This document shows, piece after piece, positions 39,941 through 52,999 of a stretch of 64,000 nucleotides of DNA. Positions within the stretch are counted from its first letter, which is position 1; the number at the start of each line of letters is the position of its first letter. The position numbers and the translations under genes are program-made. The notes under the pieces were generated by a model. The model was not told the DNA's origin. It did no database searches and saw nothing but the letters and a program-made list of their open reading frames with translations. Source of the DNA: the human T2T-CHM13v2.0 reference genome, Homo sapiens; assembly GCF_009914755.1 (NCBI RefSeq), contig NC_060935.1, one strand, 5' to 3'.

Positions 39941-40565
39941 AGGAAAAATGTGCCTATATCACTGTAAATGCTGAATAAATGTTTGTTGAATAAAGCATTG
40001 TATCTTGCCCCTGAGAAGCTTATAATACAGAGAAGAAACATTTATGTAAACAAATAACAGAAATGCAAGATATGATATAATGCATCAAAAGAGAAACATA
40101 AACAAGTACTAAGGAGAATGCAGAGGAGGGAGTGATGAATACCAGCCAAGAGCTTGGGAAGCAGGAGCATAGCACAGGGAAGGGTCCCTGGGCTCGGGCA
40201 TAAGAACTGGGGCCCCTCTGGCTCAGTCTGTCATCAAGGTGTCTCCTAAAATGTATCTGCCCCTTCTCATATCTCGTAGGAGAATTGTGGTTGTATTTTC
40301 TAACTTAAAGGGTATGTAACGATTTAAAGGATAGCGTAAAGGCAAAAGTGTCTACAAATCCCCTTATTGTAGAACGACTGGACTGTAAGCTCCTTGAGGG
40401 CAGAGAAAACATCTTACTCATTTATTGTATAGTCTTGGCTCAGTGCAGTATCTGACATGCAACAGGCACTGTTGGAACATAGAAAGGAGTGGGGGGTGGA
40501 GGGAGGAGAGAAAAGACAGAAGGAAGAGTTGGGGGAAGAACAAGTCAAGAGGTAAGAAAGGATGC

Positions 40566-40978
40566 TGGATCAGTAACGGCTCTCTAAAGAAACAAAACAC
40601 ATAGGATACATATGTGCATGCAAACATACACACATATACTAAGAGATTTATTTTAAGGAATTGGTTCATGCAATTGTGGGGGCTGGCAAGTCCCAAATTT
40701 GCAGAGCAGGCTAGAAGACTAGAAACTCAGGCAAGAGTTAGTGCTGCGGTCTTGAAGCAAAATGTCATTTTGAGAAGGAAACCTTAGTTTTTGCTCTTAA
40801 TACCTTCGACTGATTGGATGAGGCCCATCTATATTATCAAGTAGTTTCCTTGACTTAAAGCCTAATTGTAGACGCTAACCACCATTACAGAATACCTTCA
40901 CAGCAACATCTAGATTAGTGTCTTAAGTAACTGAGTACTATAGCCTAGCCAAGTTGACACATAAAACCAACCACCACA
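40566..40978 (-). mobile_element. MLT2 (ERVL) solo LTR
   Basis: gagatttattttaaggaattggttcatgcaattgtgggggctggcaagtcc...gactgattggatgaggccca...aagttgacacataaaaccaaccaccaca. Confidence 0.9.
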
Positions 40979-41259
40979 GATGCCATTCCAAGATGGCATG
41001 AGAATTCTAAGATGCTGAGAATAACTACTGTTAACTACAGTTCAGTAATTATTAATTACTGAAATTGATAGAATAAGGCACAGAGGCAAGGAATAGATCC
41101 TAAAGTTAGAAAATTAAACTTGACTTTGGGATTTGGCCAGGGGTCTGGGTGGCAGGAGATCCGACAGACATTACCGTCAGCTGAAGGCAGCTGAAGAAAC
41201 ACTGATATTATGGGGTTATCTATGAAGAATGGGGTATTCTTCCATGTGGAGCGGAGCCA

Positions 41260-41433
41260 AAGAGTTTATTAAAACTGCAGATTCAGGGGCCCCACTCCAA
41301 ATCTATTTAAAGAGAATATCTAAGGCGGGTCCAGCAATAGGCAACTGGGACCTCCCCGGTGATTCTGATAAAACCAATCAACACAGTTGTATAAATCAGA
41401 AACTGGGGAACCACAGAAACTGGGGAACCACAG
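41260..41433. mobile_element. MER5-like hAT-Charlie relic with terminal 17-bp tandem duplication
   Basis: aaactgcagattcaggggccccactcc...ccccggtgattctgat...gggaaccacag. Confidence 0.6.
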
Positions 41434-41454
41434 TTTTCTGGAAGAAAAATGACT

Positions 41455-41630
41455 GAGGAATCTCAAAGACATAGGTTCAAATTCTAAACCTACCACTCAT
41501 TAGCTGCGTGCCTTTGAGGAAGTTACCTTCCCATGTCTTGGTTTTCCTATTTATAAAATGGGCCTCTTTGTAGAACAGCTAGGGCTGTTGAGTAAGTGAA
41601 ATAATTTATGTAAGGACTTAAAATAGTCAT
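41455..41630 (+). mobile_element. MIR SINE
   Basis: aggttcaaattctaaacctaccactcattagctgcgtg...ttttcctatttataaaatggg. Confidence 0.75.
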
Positions 41631-42559
41631 CTTGGGGCAGTTAGTACCTTGTGCTCGGATAAAGAGTGTTAGGAGGCCGAACTAGCCTGACCGAGAACCG
41701 CAGCCTGCCAGCTGTTAGCACAGAGCTCATTGGTAACGGGAAGGGATTTGGAGCCCACCGTCAGGTTCCTTTGTGTCACTGCTGGTTCAATGGTATACTG
41801 TGCACCTGGGAAGCGCCAACCCTGCCTTGTGGCTCAGGAGATGCTACAGAATTCAGACGTGGTTTCTGAGCTTCCGGAAGGTCACTATTTCTAAGGCTGA
41901 CATTTGCATGCAATGGTTGTACTTTGCTGCTTCTGTTTTTGCTGTTTTTTGTTATACCAAATATGTCAATAATAAGCTTCCTCATCTACACTCCCAGCAT
42001 GTTCTGATAACAGCTGTGGGAACTATTGGTTTTTCTATGGCCACCAAGGCCTTGGACAACTAAACCCAAAACTCAAATCTGGCTCTCCCATATCACTTTG
42101 GGATTCTAAACAGTCCCTTTTACGTGACCTCCAGGTAGCTGATGGCTTTTTAGAAAGTGGCAAAGTGGAAGGCAAAAGTATAGGCTTGAGAAACAAAAAG
42201 CTTAGCCTGGCCTTGCTGCTTCCCAGTTCTGATTAAGGAAAGTTGCTTAGTCTCTCTGAGCCTCAGCTTTGCTCTATGTAAAATAGAGATGATAATATCT
42301 GAGTTAATGGGTTGCAGGGATCAAACGGAATAGCCTGGCACATGGAGGTGCTGGGGTTCCTCCCTTCTGCTCTTCTTTCCTCGGGCTAGTCAGACCCCCA
42401 TCTCTGCCAACTGCCCTGCATCCTCCCTACTCTATTTCTCTGGTCGATATCACTTAGATAGGACAAAACTCATTATACTTAAAAAGTTATTCTCACTCAG
42501 CTGTGAATAATCCAATATATTTAAACATGATACGTTTGCAACGTAAAAGAGATACGGCC

Positions 42560-42917
42560 AGCCGGGCATGGTGGCTCACACCTGTAATCCCAGTACTTTG
42601 GGAGGCTGAGGCAGGCGGATCATGAGGTCAGGAGTTTGAGACTATGCTAGCCAACATGGTGAAACCCCATCTCTACTAAAAATACAAAAATTAGCCAGGC
42701 GTGGTGGTGGGCACTTGTAGTCCCAGCTACTTGGGAGGCTGAGGCAGGAGAATGGCGTGAACCCTGGAGGCAGAGCTTGCAGTGAGCCACTTGGGAGGCC
42801 GAGGCAGGAGAATGGCATGAGCCCTGGAGGCAGAGCTTGCAGTGAGCCGAGATGGCACCACTGCACTCCGCCTGGGCAACAGAGTGACACTCTATCTCAA
42901 AAAAAAAAAAAAAAAAA
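42560..42917 (+). mobile_element. Alu (AluS/Y-like) with a 60-bp internal tandem duplication
   Basis: gccgggcatggtggctcacacc...; right arm segment repeated at 42729-42788 and 42789-42848; poly(A); flanking agagatac repeats. Confidence 0.97.
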
Positions 42918-43307
42918 TGAGAGAGATACAACGTTGAATACCCTGTCTTCTTTACACACTCCAAACTCAGCCCCACTCCAGCTAAGTCACCTTAGACAAG
43001 TCACTTAACATCTCTGAACTTCACATTCTTCATGTATAAAATGGATGTTGTCCTGAGAGAAGCAAATGGGATAATAAGGCATGTGAAACAGCAATCCAAC
43101 AACAAATGTTAGTCAAGCCAACTGACTCTCGGGCTGTGGGAATGTGTGCCCCAAAGGGGCCTTCTCCAAGCCCTGGTCTTTTCTGCTCCTCTCTCCCCAG
43201 CAAACTGGGCTGCAAGTTGGCACCACTCTTCTCAGAGGTTGGCCTGGCTGCAGGATCCCAGCAGCGAGTCAGAGAGTGCTGCCACAGACCGACATCTCAA
43301 AGGCCCC

Positions 43308-43790
43308 TGGCTTAGTCTGTTTTCCATTGCTATAACTGAATACCTGAGACTAGGGAATTTATAAAGAAAAGATATTCATTTGGCTCATGATTCTGAAGGC
43401 TAGGAAGTGCAAGAGCATAGCACTGACATCTGGTGAGGTCTTCATGCTATGCCATAACATGGTGGAGGGCACGATGTGGCAAGAGAGTAAGAGCGTGCGT
43501 GTCCACTCTTGGATTACAATTCTTCTACGGTTTATCCTCAGATGCTGTTTCACTGTAAGAAAGCCAGTTCCACTACAGCTAAGAGTCCTTTGTCCTAGTC
43601 CTTGAGAGAAGAGGAAGAGGTCTCTCTTCCTCTTCTTATAAAGCCACCAGTCCCACCATGGGGGAGCCACGCTGGTGGCCTCATCCAATGCTAATTTTAC
43701 CTCCCAGAAATGCCACCTCTAATCAACAGATGAATTTGGGGATTAAGTTTCCAATACATGAAATTTGGGGGACACATTCACACTGTAACA
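43308..43790 (-). mobile_element. MST (MSTC/D-like) MaLR solo LTR carrying a foreign 98-bp insert
   Basis: cttagtctgttttccattgctataactgaatacctgagactaggg...tcttataaagccaccagtcc...gggggacacattcacactgtaaca. Confidence 0.88.
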
Positions 43791-43938
43791 ATTCCCAAGC
43801 TAAAAAATCCTCAAATAATCAAAACCAACTGTCACGAACTAGAAATTATTAATTAGTTTAAGAATTCAGCTTGCACACTCCTCTTCCCACACCCTCTTAC
43901 CACATATGTATATACCTTTTGATTCTCAATTTTCTCAG

Positions 43939-43963
43939 GACAGAGGAAACAGTGAGCTGACAG
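43939..43963 (+). other. Candidate 25-nt micro-exon
   Basis: ttttgattctcaattttctcag| acceptor and CAG|gtgagt donor 25 nt apart. Confidence 0.2.
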
Positions 43964-44973
43964 GTGAGTGCAGGTTTTATTCTGGAATCCATCTTCAAGG
44001 CCAGGATATGCTCAGCGTTGAATCTTCTGCCCTTTCTATTAGTAGGACAGGGCAGTATTTGGAAAGGGGCACTGAGTCATAGACAGATAGCCTATTTTGT
44101 TTCCAGCCCTACTTGCTAAGGCAGGAAAATGGATTGTACTCTATTTTACAAAGATGTGTGACTGCCCAGGTGAAGACAAAGGGGGTTTTCTCAGTAACAC
44201 TCAGTTAATCAGAGAATTCAATTCACCACTACAGCCGTTGCCACAAACCTTGTGTAATTGAGTTGTTAGGCCGAGTGATTAAACATTGTCTGGGGGTGAA
44301 AGAGGGGAGAGTAGTGGGATTTATCTAATTAGATGATTCTCAGGGCTGGGGTGGAATAGCAAAGTCTAATAATAGTTAAGAACAAAAGCCAGTCTTCCCT
44401 GAGTACGTAACCATGGGCCAGGTACCACGCAAACACTTCGTGGATAATCACATTGACTTCTGGCCACACATCTACTTAAGGACTCCCATTTTAAAGATAA
44501 GGAAACTGAGGCTCAGAAAGGTGATGTGATTTGTTAAAGTCCTGAAAATGGCAGAGTCGTCTGACCCCAAATTCCCATATTTTATCCATAAAAATGGTAA
44601 TATCAAAGCAAAATAGCAAATTAAATCCACTTTTATTGAATACCACTGTTTTGTAAGAATGAAAGGTTGAATTACAATTCTTCTACAGTTTATCCTCAGA
44701 TGCTGTTTCATGGTAAGAAAGCCAATTCCACTACAGCTAAGAGTCCTTTGTCCTAGTCCCTGAGAGAATGACTTGGTACCTGGTAGAGATTAAGGGGAGA
44801 AGAGCTGAAGAAGTCCAACTCAGGAGTGAGGAGGACAGGGAGATGGGCACGTTTCAGAAGAATGGAGGGGACCCTTCTTCCCCTCTTGTTCCCCAATCCC
44901 GTACCACACTGCCTCATCCTGCCGCTCCTCCCCATATTATATCTCAGGCCACAGTTCTATGAAAACGCCATCA

Positions 44974-44987
44974 GAACCCCCTGGTGG
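44974..44987 (-). promoter_or_regulatory. Putative CTCF motif
   Basis: Reverse complement CCACCAGGGGGTTC matches the first 11 bases of the CTCF core CCACCAGGGGGCGC. Confidence 0.35.
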
Positions 44988-46375
44988 TAGATGCGGATCT
45001 AAGCCAGCTCTGGAGAAAATATAAATCACTAATAAACATACATAATAATGTCCAACTTCATCACTGACGGTGGGAAATGGGAATAAAAATAAAAACAAGA
45101 TGCTTTGGAGAGTTTTAAATGGAAGAAGGTTATGATCAAAATGCTTTCTAAATAATATATCTTTGTTTGATTAGAAGTTTTAACGCAGCATATTTCTCCC
45201 AGTATGTCTCCAGACGTGAAATCATTCAGATTTCACATTTTAATACCTTAGAAATAATAGTATTCAGCATTTATTAGAATACAACAGTAATGTACTTTAA
45301 ATTGTATCTATATTATATAAACATTATACTAGTAGGTAATAGTATAGGATAACATAAATTATAACAGTTAAGTCCTATTATTTTACTATTATAAAAATAA
45401 CGGTATTTTGCACCAACAATAATACCGGTACTTTTATACTTAAAAATGGTATAGCACCCATTATGCTGGAATTACCAAAACCAGTAATGCAATCGTGAAC
45501 TGTGTTCTTGTTCTGTGTTACCTCCCATGAGGCCAGCCAATCTTTTTATAGCTTTTCTTAAAGACCTTTCTCTACACATTGCATTTGCTCCTTGCCTCAA
45601 TGGTAGGAAACAGGAATTATTTGTATACCCATTCTGCAGACAAAGAAAAAAAACAGAGTCTCAGTATGACATGGTCTGGAAGTGTCTGAGCCAGGACTTG
45701 AACCCAGGTGTGGGGACTCCAAATCCCAAGCGTTGAAGCTATTTCCTGTGGTGTCTTCTCCTGATGCTCTCTTCCTACACAAGCACGGATCCTTGGTTGG
45801 AGATGTTTGCATACCAGCTCTTGCTATCCAACCTGCTCCTTTCCCTCAGCCGAAGAGCTCTTCCTCTCTCGGTGGAAAGGAAAAGCAAGAAAGCAGCCAG
45901 CAGCCAGGACTCGCAGGCACTAGCCCAGGCCTGGCTGGCATTCCAAATCTGGAGGTCACTTCCAGCCAAGGCAGAAGGAGATCGCGGTTGCTGCCACGAT
46001 GGAAAAGTTACAGTCATTTTCCTTGGAAGGGTAGGGTGATTAATAAAGTACCCAAGTCATAATTTTTCACTCTGGGAAACCTCATGACAAGAACCGGGGA
46101 GCAAGAGGAGCACACACAGAGAGGCAGCACATTCTCTGCTCTCTCCACGCCCTGCTTCCCAGCTGCACCTGCTTTGAGGGCTGCACCAGTGCAGAAACAC
46201 AGCAGCTCCAACAGAGACTACTTCAAGAAGGGCAGGCAGAGGCAGGAGCAGCTGCAGCACCTGCCCCTAGGGATTCAGCCCAGGGGGCTCAAGGATGGGA
46301 AGACCTGGAAGTCATAGGAAGCCAGGGCCAGGTGACAGTGGGGTCACAGAAGCAGCACTCAGCAGAGCTGAAGGG

Positions 46376-46743
46376 CATGGCCTGTTTTCATGGACCACCA
46401 CTGTGGTCACACGTGGTGAAATCAGCTAACCTGTGGTCCTGACCTCCCACCTCCTGCCTCCCCGAGATGGGTTCTCAGCAGCCTGTTCCCCCAACCCTGC
46501 CCTATGACCACTGCCACCCTCCAACCTGCTGGGGCATGGGGGCAGGGGTGGGAGGGTGGCCCCAGGTGAGGGTCTGTGCTTTTTGGTAAGGACTATGTTC
46601 TCAGGAGAGCACATACTATATAACAATAAATAAATAAATAAATAAATAAATAATAAAAGAAAATCCAATTTTCCTCCTTTTTGGACAAGAAGCCCCACAT
46701 TTTCATTTTGCACTTGTCCCTGGACATTATGCAGCTGACCCTG
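46376..46743 (+). mobile_element. MER45-family (hAT-Tip100) DNA transposon relic with internal (AAAT)n
   Basis: Ends catggcctgttttcatgg... and gccccacattttcattttgcact...attatgcagctgaccctg match MER45 termini. Confidence 0.75.
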
Positions 46744-47649
46744 CTAAAAGAGGTAGATATAACATAGGGAATCTGAGACTCAGAGACATAACATCATCCC
46801 CATCAGCCACCTGCCACAGAAGGGGAACCTCGTGAAGGATAAGTCATTTATTCTAGACACCCCCAACTCCTCTGGCCACACATCCCCTCCTTTTTCCCAG
46901 GCTTCTCTTTTCTGTTTCTGTTTCTCCTCCTTTCCTCCCATCAAAGCCAGATCTCAGCTGATTCCACACTGAAAGAAAGATATAACAAGTTATACAAAGA
47001 TGTTGATCATGACTTAAGATACTTACCCTCCCAGGGAAACTAGAGCATTTTATAGTAAATGATGTCTTAACTCAAAGGAATGGTTTACTAATAAAGGGAT
47101 TTCAAGTACTTTTAAAAGTGAGTTTGGTTAAAGCTACTAATGATAATAAATAGACATGATTTATTGAATGCCTGTATTTCCAGAAATAGGAAATAAACAT
47201 TTTCTCTAATCCTTACATCAACTTGGGAAGGAAGATAATGTTACCTCTATTTTACAGAGAAAAAAACTTAGGCTCAGAGAGGCCCCTTGCCTAAAGTCCT
47301 ACAACCAGCACATTGTAAAATGGGATTTGAACACACGTTTTTCTGACCCCTGACAGTAATTTTGGGGCAGCATCATTAGCATCCTGCTGCCCCTGTGCAT
47401 AAGGATGGCACTGGATTTCAGGACACCACGAGGGCCTTGATTAAGAGAAATGGCTCTTGTAGGCTTCCAAGCCCAGTGGTCTGTAGGCTGCAGCCCACAT
47501 CCATTCAGCCTGCTTGGGAAGTGAGGGAAGTCTTGGCATTGGAAATCCAAGCTGGCATCATTCATCAAGGGTAATGGGACTGAAAGAAAACAGCCCGGAC
47601 TTCCACCCTGGTTCTAAACAAAGTTGAAATTCTCAGGTGACAGAGAATT

Positions 47650-48260
47650 CATTCATACAATAATTTTAAAATTATTTTAAAGTCATACTTCGTGAAAGCC
47701 ATGGTGCTAGGCACCAGCAGCGGTCCAGGATAAACAAGATAGACCTGGTCCCAGGCCCCACGAAATTTGCTGTCCTAAGAGGGCTGTGCCCTCCAAAGGC
47801 TTTTAACCACAAGCCAAATTAAGAAATACATTTTACAAGTCATCCCAACACACAGGACTGATCTACACGCATATAACGAAACAAAAATTTCACAAAGCAT
47901 CACAAATCCTTACTACATATTAGGAGATCCATTATGTTCTGTTTCATTTTTTATAATACTGGTCATGAATAACTGAATTGATTTTTAACACTAACTGATA
48001 GATCACCAGAAAACCTTGTATCAGGAGATAGAGTAAGTACTAACATGCTAGGAAGTACCAAGTTTCTGGAAGCACATGGGATGAAGAATCCTCAACCCAG
48101 AAAGCTCAATCAGGGAGGGCTTCCTGGAAGAAATGACCTCTAAGCTGAGATGTGAGTCTGAGAGATAAGCAGGAGCCAGATCATGCAGAGATTTTTAAAT
48201 CCAGCAAAGAAATTTGGACTTTATTCCATGAGCAATGGAAAGGCACTCACTGACAGCTCT
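47650..48260 (-). mobile_element. L2 fragments (with an intervening hAT-like relic at about 47790-48010)
   Basis: tcagggagggcttcctggaagaaatgac...tttggactttattccatgagcaatggaa. Confidence 0.65.
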
Positions 48261-48265
48261 TAAAC

Positions 48266-48480
48266 TGGTATGGTAGTCATTAGAAGCATTGACATATGTG
48301 CCAGGGTAGCAATGCATTTCCCTCTTCCTTTTGACGTTAGATGCAGTCGTGTGACTTGTTTGGTCCAATGAAATGTGAGTCAAAATATTGTGTGCTTCTT
48401 TCTGTGGACGCTCTAAGTGCCAGTGGACACTGTGCCATGTTTATTTCCTCCTGCCAGAGTGGCTGTGAGGATGCAACAAC
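48266..48480 (+). mobile_element. MLT1 (I/J-like) LTR 5' fragment
   Basis: gtcgtgtgacttgtttggtccaatgaaatgtgag motif. Confidence 0.6.
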
Positions 48481-49979
48481 TGATCGGGCAGAAAGGGACA
48501 TAGTTTATTAAAGTTAGTGGTGAGTGTTAAAAAAGAAAAAAGGCATAGAAGGGGGATAGAAAAGCAAAGAAAGAGACCTCATTCTTCAGCGAAGAATTGA
48601 AGATGAAGGGAGGAGTTTGCCATGCAGGTATCTGGAGGAAGAACATACCAACCAGAGGGTGAAGCAGGCATGACGACTCCAGACAGGAGCGTGCCTATCA
48701 TGTTTGAGGAAGAAGAGAGGGACCATCTTGGCTAGAGTGAGTGGGTAGTATTTCCAGGACCCTGATTTCTTAGTATTTTTTCAAGGAGCACAACTTCTGG
48801 GATCGTTGACCACAGAACACTCTTTGGGAAATAAGACCCTAGATTATCTCAGTTCAGAAAAGGGCTGATGAGTGGTTGAGGGACTCCTAGGGGCATATTT
48901 CAGAGAGGTTCCCAGAAGCTCACTTGCCAGGATCAAGGCTCCTGGTAACTTCTGCAAAAGTGGGATTACCTCCTATGGCCGGAGAGGACTGTTTTCAAAC
49001 CTCCTCCTTCAGCTTTCTTCTGAAAAGCAACTGGGTTTAAGCAAGGAAGTTGCACTGAGTTGTGGGATTTTAAATCTTTTCTTGCTAAAAATATATCTAT
49101 TGTGGAAAATCCCAAAAGATGAAGCGCATCCCTAACCTCAGGGGGTTGAGCACCCCTCCCTCACGTGCATGGAGCTGGGCTTCCAGCTCTTATCATTAGC
49201 AGTAATCTGAGGTCAGGAGGGGTTGCCTGGCTGTTCTCAACTACATGGGTTGCTTGCTGATTTCCTGGGGCCCTTGAGAGAAAACACAAATTCTGCTTTA
49301 GAGCAGTGTCTGTGTTTATTTATCAGTAATAATCCCCCCCTTAAGATTCTTGAATGCACAGTTTTCCCTGTAGTCCTAACACCACCTCGCCCTGATCACT
49401 CACAATGTCAGCGATGCAGAGGAGCCAGGAAATCACAGTCTTCTTCACCCCCATCCCAGCCAGGACCAAAGAAAAACAAAGCTCTTCTCCAGTATTTCTA
49501 GACCAAAAAAGGGCAGGAAGCTTCATCTCCCAGAAGCAGTGTGCGGTGACAACGGGGCACAGACCACCAGGGACCACGTCATTCCACCCCTGCTCCTGCT
49601 AGCCTCTGGCTGAATGGATATTCCCCATCACACATACGCATCATAGGGCCCGCTACCCTGTGTCTGCTCTGCGTCTGGCTCTGTAGGAAGGGGTGGCGTT
49701 GTGATCTCTCTCTGCTTCAGAATCACACACTGATCCCCAGGTGATCTACCAGTCACAGTAGGGACTCAGAGCTGGAGTATAGATGGATTAGAACAACCCC
49801 AATCCCAGCACTGGAGAATGAACTCAAGGCACATGAACCACCAACCATTTTAGCCATTTTATCTTCATCTGTAACATCAATTGAGCAGCTGCTGGGTGCT
49901 GAAGACCAAATTATGAAAATAACACATAGTCTGTGCCCACTAGGACAGGTATATACATGTAGATATGCCATATATAGTC

Positions 49980-50321
49980 CAGTCATGTATCACTTAACAA
50001 TGGGGATACATTCTGAGAAATGTATCGTTAGGCAATTTCATTGTTGCGTGAACATCCTAGAGTGTACTTACACAAACCTAGATGGTACAGCCTACTACAC
50101 ACCAAGGCTGCATGGTGTCATGGTGTAGCCTCTTGCTCCTACGATACAAACCTGTACAGCATGTTACAGTACTCAATACTGTCAGCAGCTATAATATAAT
50201 GGTATTTGTGTATCTAAACATAGACAAGGTTCAGTAAAAATATGACATCACAATATCATAGGACCACTGTCATATATGCAGTCAGGTGTTCACCAAAACT
50301 TCATTATGTGTCACATGACTG
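49980..50321. mobile_element. Tigger3a/MER7A-like TcMar-Tigger MITE
   Basis: Terminal inverted repeats cagtcatg...catgactg, about 342 bp, body ggggatacattctgagaaatg...acacaaacctagatggt. Confidence 0.9.
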
Positions 50322-50405
50322 TATATGTGTATGTATGTGTACATGTGTGTATATATGTGTGTATGTGTATATATATCTATGAATGAATGATACATATACA
50401 TATAT
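50322..50405. repeat. (TA/TG)n low-complexity microsatellite
   Basis: tatatgtgtatgtatgtgt... adjacent to the Tigger TA target site. Confidence 0.8.
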
Positions 50406-50859
50406 GAAGGAATGACTGATAAAATATGGCTCATGCCATGTGATACATACGTGAAAAGTGAGAGGAAGGAAGAGTGACAGCTAAGGGGATGTGTGATGGA
50501 GACAGGAAGTCAGAAAGTGCAAGGACAATAACATTTGATTGGGCCTTAAAGGATGAGTAGTGGAGGGCAGCTCAGATGGGGAGAGCAGCCTGTGCAAAGG
50601 CGCTGAGATGTACCAATACTTGGCCATGTCACTGGACAGCGTACTCCACATTTCACATAGCCAATTTCAAAGTTCCTGGGAATCAATTCATTAGCCTATG
50701 GGAATTAGCTCTAACTGCCTCAAGAAGGGTGGCTACTTATTCTATTCCTGTTCCATAGGACCTCTGTCATCATCATCATATATGTGACTCAATCACATAT
50801 ATGTCTGATGCAACCATGTTCAGAGCCTGTGTCAGGCAGAGGGCCTACTAATAGGTATA

Positions 50860-51275
50860 ATAATAATAACATCAAAAAGGATTTCTTGAACACCTACTAT
50901 ATGTAGATACCAACGGGGCTCTTTATGCTTATTCTCTAACTTTTTATCCCAATAAACCCATGGCATGACTGTTATTATTCCCATTTTACAGATGGAGGCA
51001 CTGAAGCTCACAGGCATCATCTCTACTGCAAGCAACTCACAATGAGTTGCAGAAACAGGACACATGCTTAGAAAAATAAGCAGCAATTAACAGCAATGAC
51101 TAACTTTCATTGAGCTCTTACTATGTGATAGACATGGTGCCAAGGGCTTTATATGCATTTGTTCATGAAGTTTTGCAACACCCCTGTGAGGTCAGCACTA
51201 TTATTACATCAATTTTATGGAGAAGGAAACTGAAACACAGAGAGATGAAGTACCTGGCCCAAAATTACACAGTTA
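50860..51275 (-). mobile_element. Two tandem MIR SINEs
   Basis: cccattttacagatggaggcactgaagctca and ttttatggagaaggaaactgaaacacagagag cores. Confidence 0.8.
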
Positions 51276-52487
51276 GTCCAACTATAGAGCCCATAGTGTG
51301 TGCTATGCTCCATGGGGTACCAAGGGCAGGTGCTGAGGAACTTAGATGAGGGAGCACACACTGTTGGCCTCACCAGTGACAGTGGCTAAGCTGAGCCTCC
51401 TAAAAAAGTATAGGCTTTAGATAGGAGAAAGAAGCTGGGGCAGGCCAGGGTAGAGTGTAGACTGGTTTCACTCCAAACTGGCTGTCTCCAAGAGGCTGCT
51501 CAGGGAATATCATCCATTCCGTTTGAGAATTCACCCCATCCAGGGTTTGACTGTCAATCTTGCAGGCCAGAACGCCTGATTTTCTCAGCTCACCCAGGAA
51601 AGAATGATATTACAGAGACTATCTAATGTTAACATTTAGTGTATGTAAACGTGGAATGCCAGTTTATTTATTTTCATCAGGGACTGTGTTGTTCCTGGAC
51701 AGAGTAGTTCTATTTATTCAACTAGTACATCTTTTCCCAACTCATAATCAAAACAATAAAAACAATAGCGAATATTTTATTATTACTCTGTGGTACACGC
51801 ATGAAGCATTATCTGAGCAATGGAAACCAAACAAATAAGTGTAATATGTGCTGGCATCACACTAAGATGAACTGATGTTTCTGTCTTCCCAACAAGGATG
51901 GTGAGGCCAGTGAGGCTGAATTACCTGAAATCCAATGGCCATCATGCCCACTTCCATCGCTATAACACGGCTGGCCATAATATCGCAGGTCTGTTGGCCC
52001 AAACACCCTCTACTTTGTATGGTCACCGCCTCTGTGACTCTTTTCTTTCTGCCTTATGGCTGAGCAGAGTCACTTCTGATTAACACATGCTTCCTGTAGG
52101 TGTGTTAATACATTCAATCAGGTTACTGTCAAGTTGTGCCGCTGAGGGAACCATTCTGTCTCCTGAAGGTGACTTTGCATATCTCTGCTCTGTACAGATC
52201 TTAAAGTTTAATGCTTAACAGACAATACTAGTTCCCTTATCTACAGATTCTTGGAAGATGCCTCACTGTAGTGCTCTGTACAGGCAACAACAAGAAAAAG
52301 ATACCAAACATACTAGAAAGCAATGAGTTTTACTAGGGCAGAAAAATTGTGCAGGGAAAATAAAAACTGAAGAGGTGGGTTGGACCACGGAGCGCTAAAT
52401 GCCAGAATCATCACTATCAAAATCACCCTGAGTCCACTACTGCGCTGGATACTGCCTGGGGCAAAGCACATACACAAAAACAGTAAA

Positions 52488-52503
52488 TCTATCTATCTAT
52501 CTA

Positions 52504-52549
<46 letters not shown>
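52488..52549. repeat. (TCTA)4 + (AC)22 microsatellite
   Basis: Seen directly. Confidence 0.97.
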
Positions 52550-52553
<4 letters not shown>

Positions 52554-52999
52554 CCCACCCTTCATGAGCTTTCATTCCAGAGCAAACAGTAACACATTAG
52601 CGATAAGATCATAAGTTCATTTTTTTAAGTTCAGGCATTCATTCAGTCATTCTACACATATTTATTCAATGCTTTCTGTGGGTAAAGTACCATACTCACA
52701 GAGGCATCATCATTCTAACAGTTGTTCTATCTCCTCTCCAAGCCTTAACATCAGATGGAAAAGACTCAGAAGGCAGAGGGACATTATTTCCACCCAAAGC
52801 CAAAGCCCAGTTAGGATTAAGAAAAGCTGATGAAGTTTGAATCTGATTCTGGATTGGAAGTTTAAACTTGACTGTTTCTCAAGTAAATTAAAGACTTTGC
52901 CTAAGTGCCAAAGGGCAGAAAAGGAGCACAGTTGAAAGCAGACATTGAAAGATAAGAAATTTAAACCAAGCCCATAGACATTGAGATTTTTTTTTTAAT

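Noticed and set aside
45380-45425. Possible MADE1 mariner remnant (ttttgcaccaac)
   Set aside because: Only one short TIR-like match in AT-rich sequence, with no partner TIR
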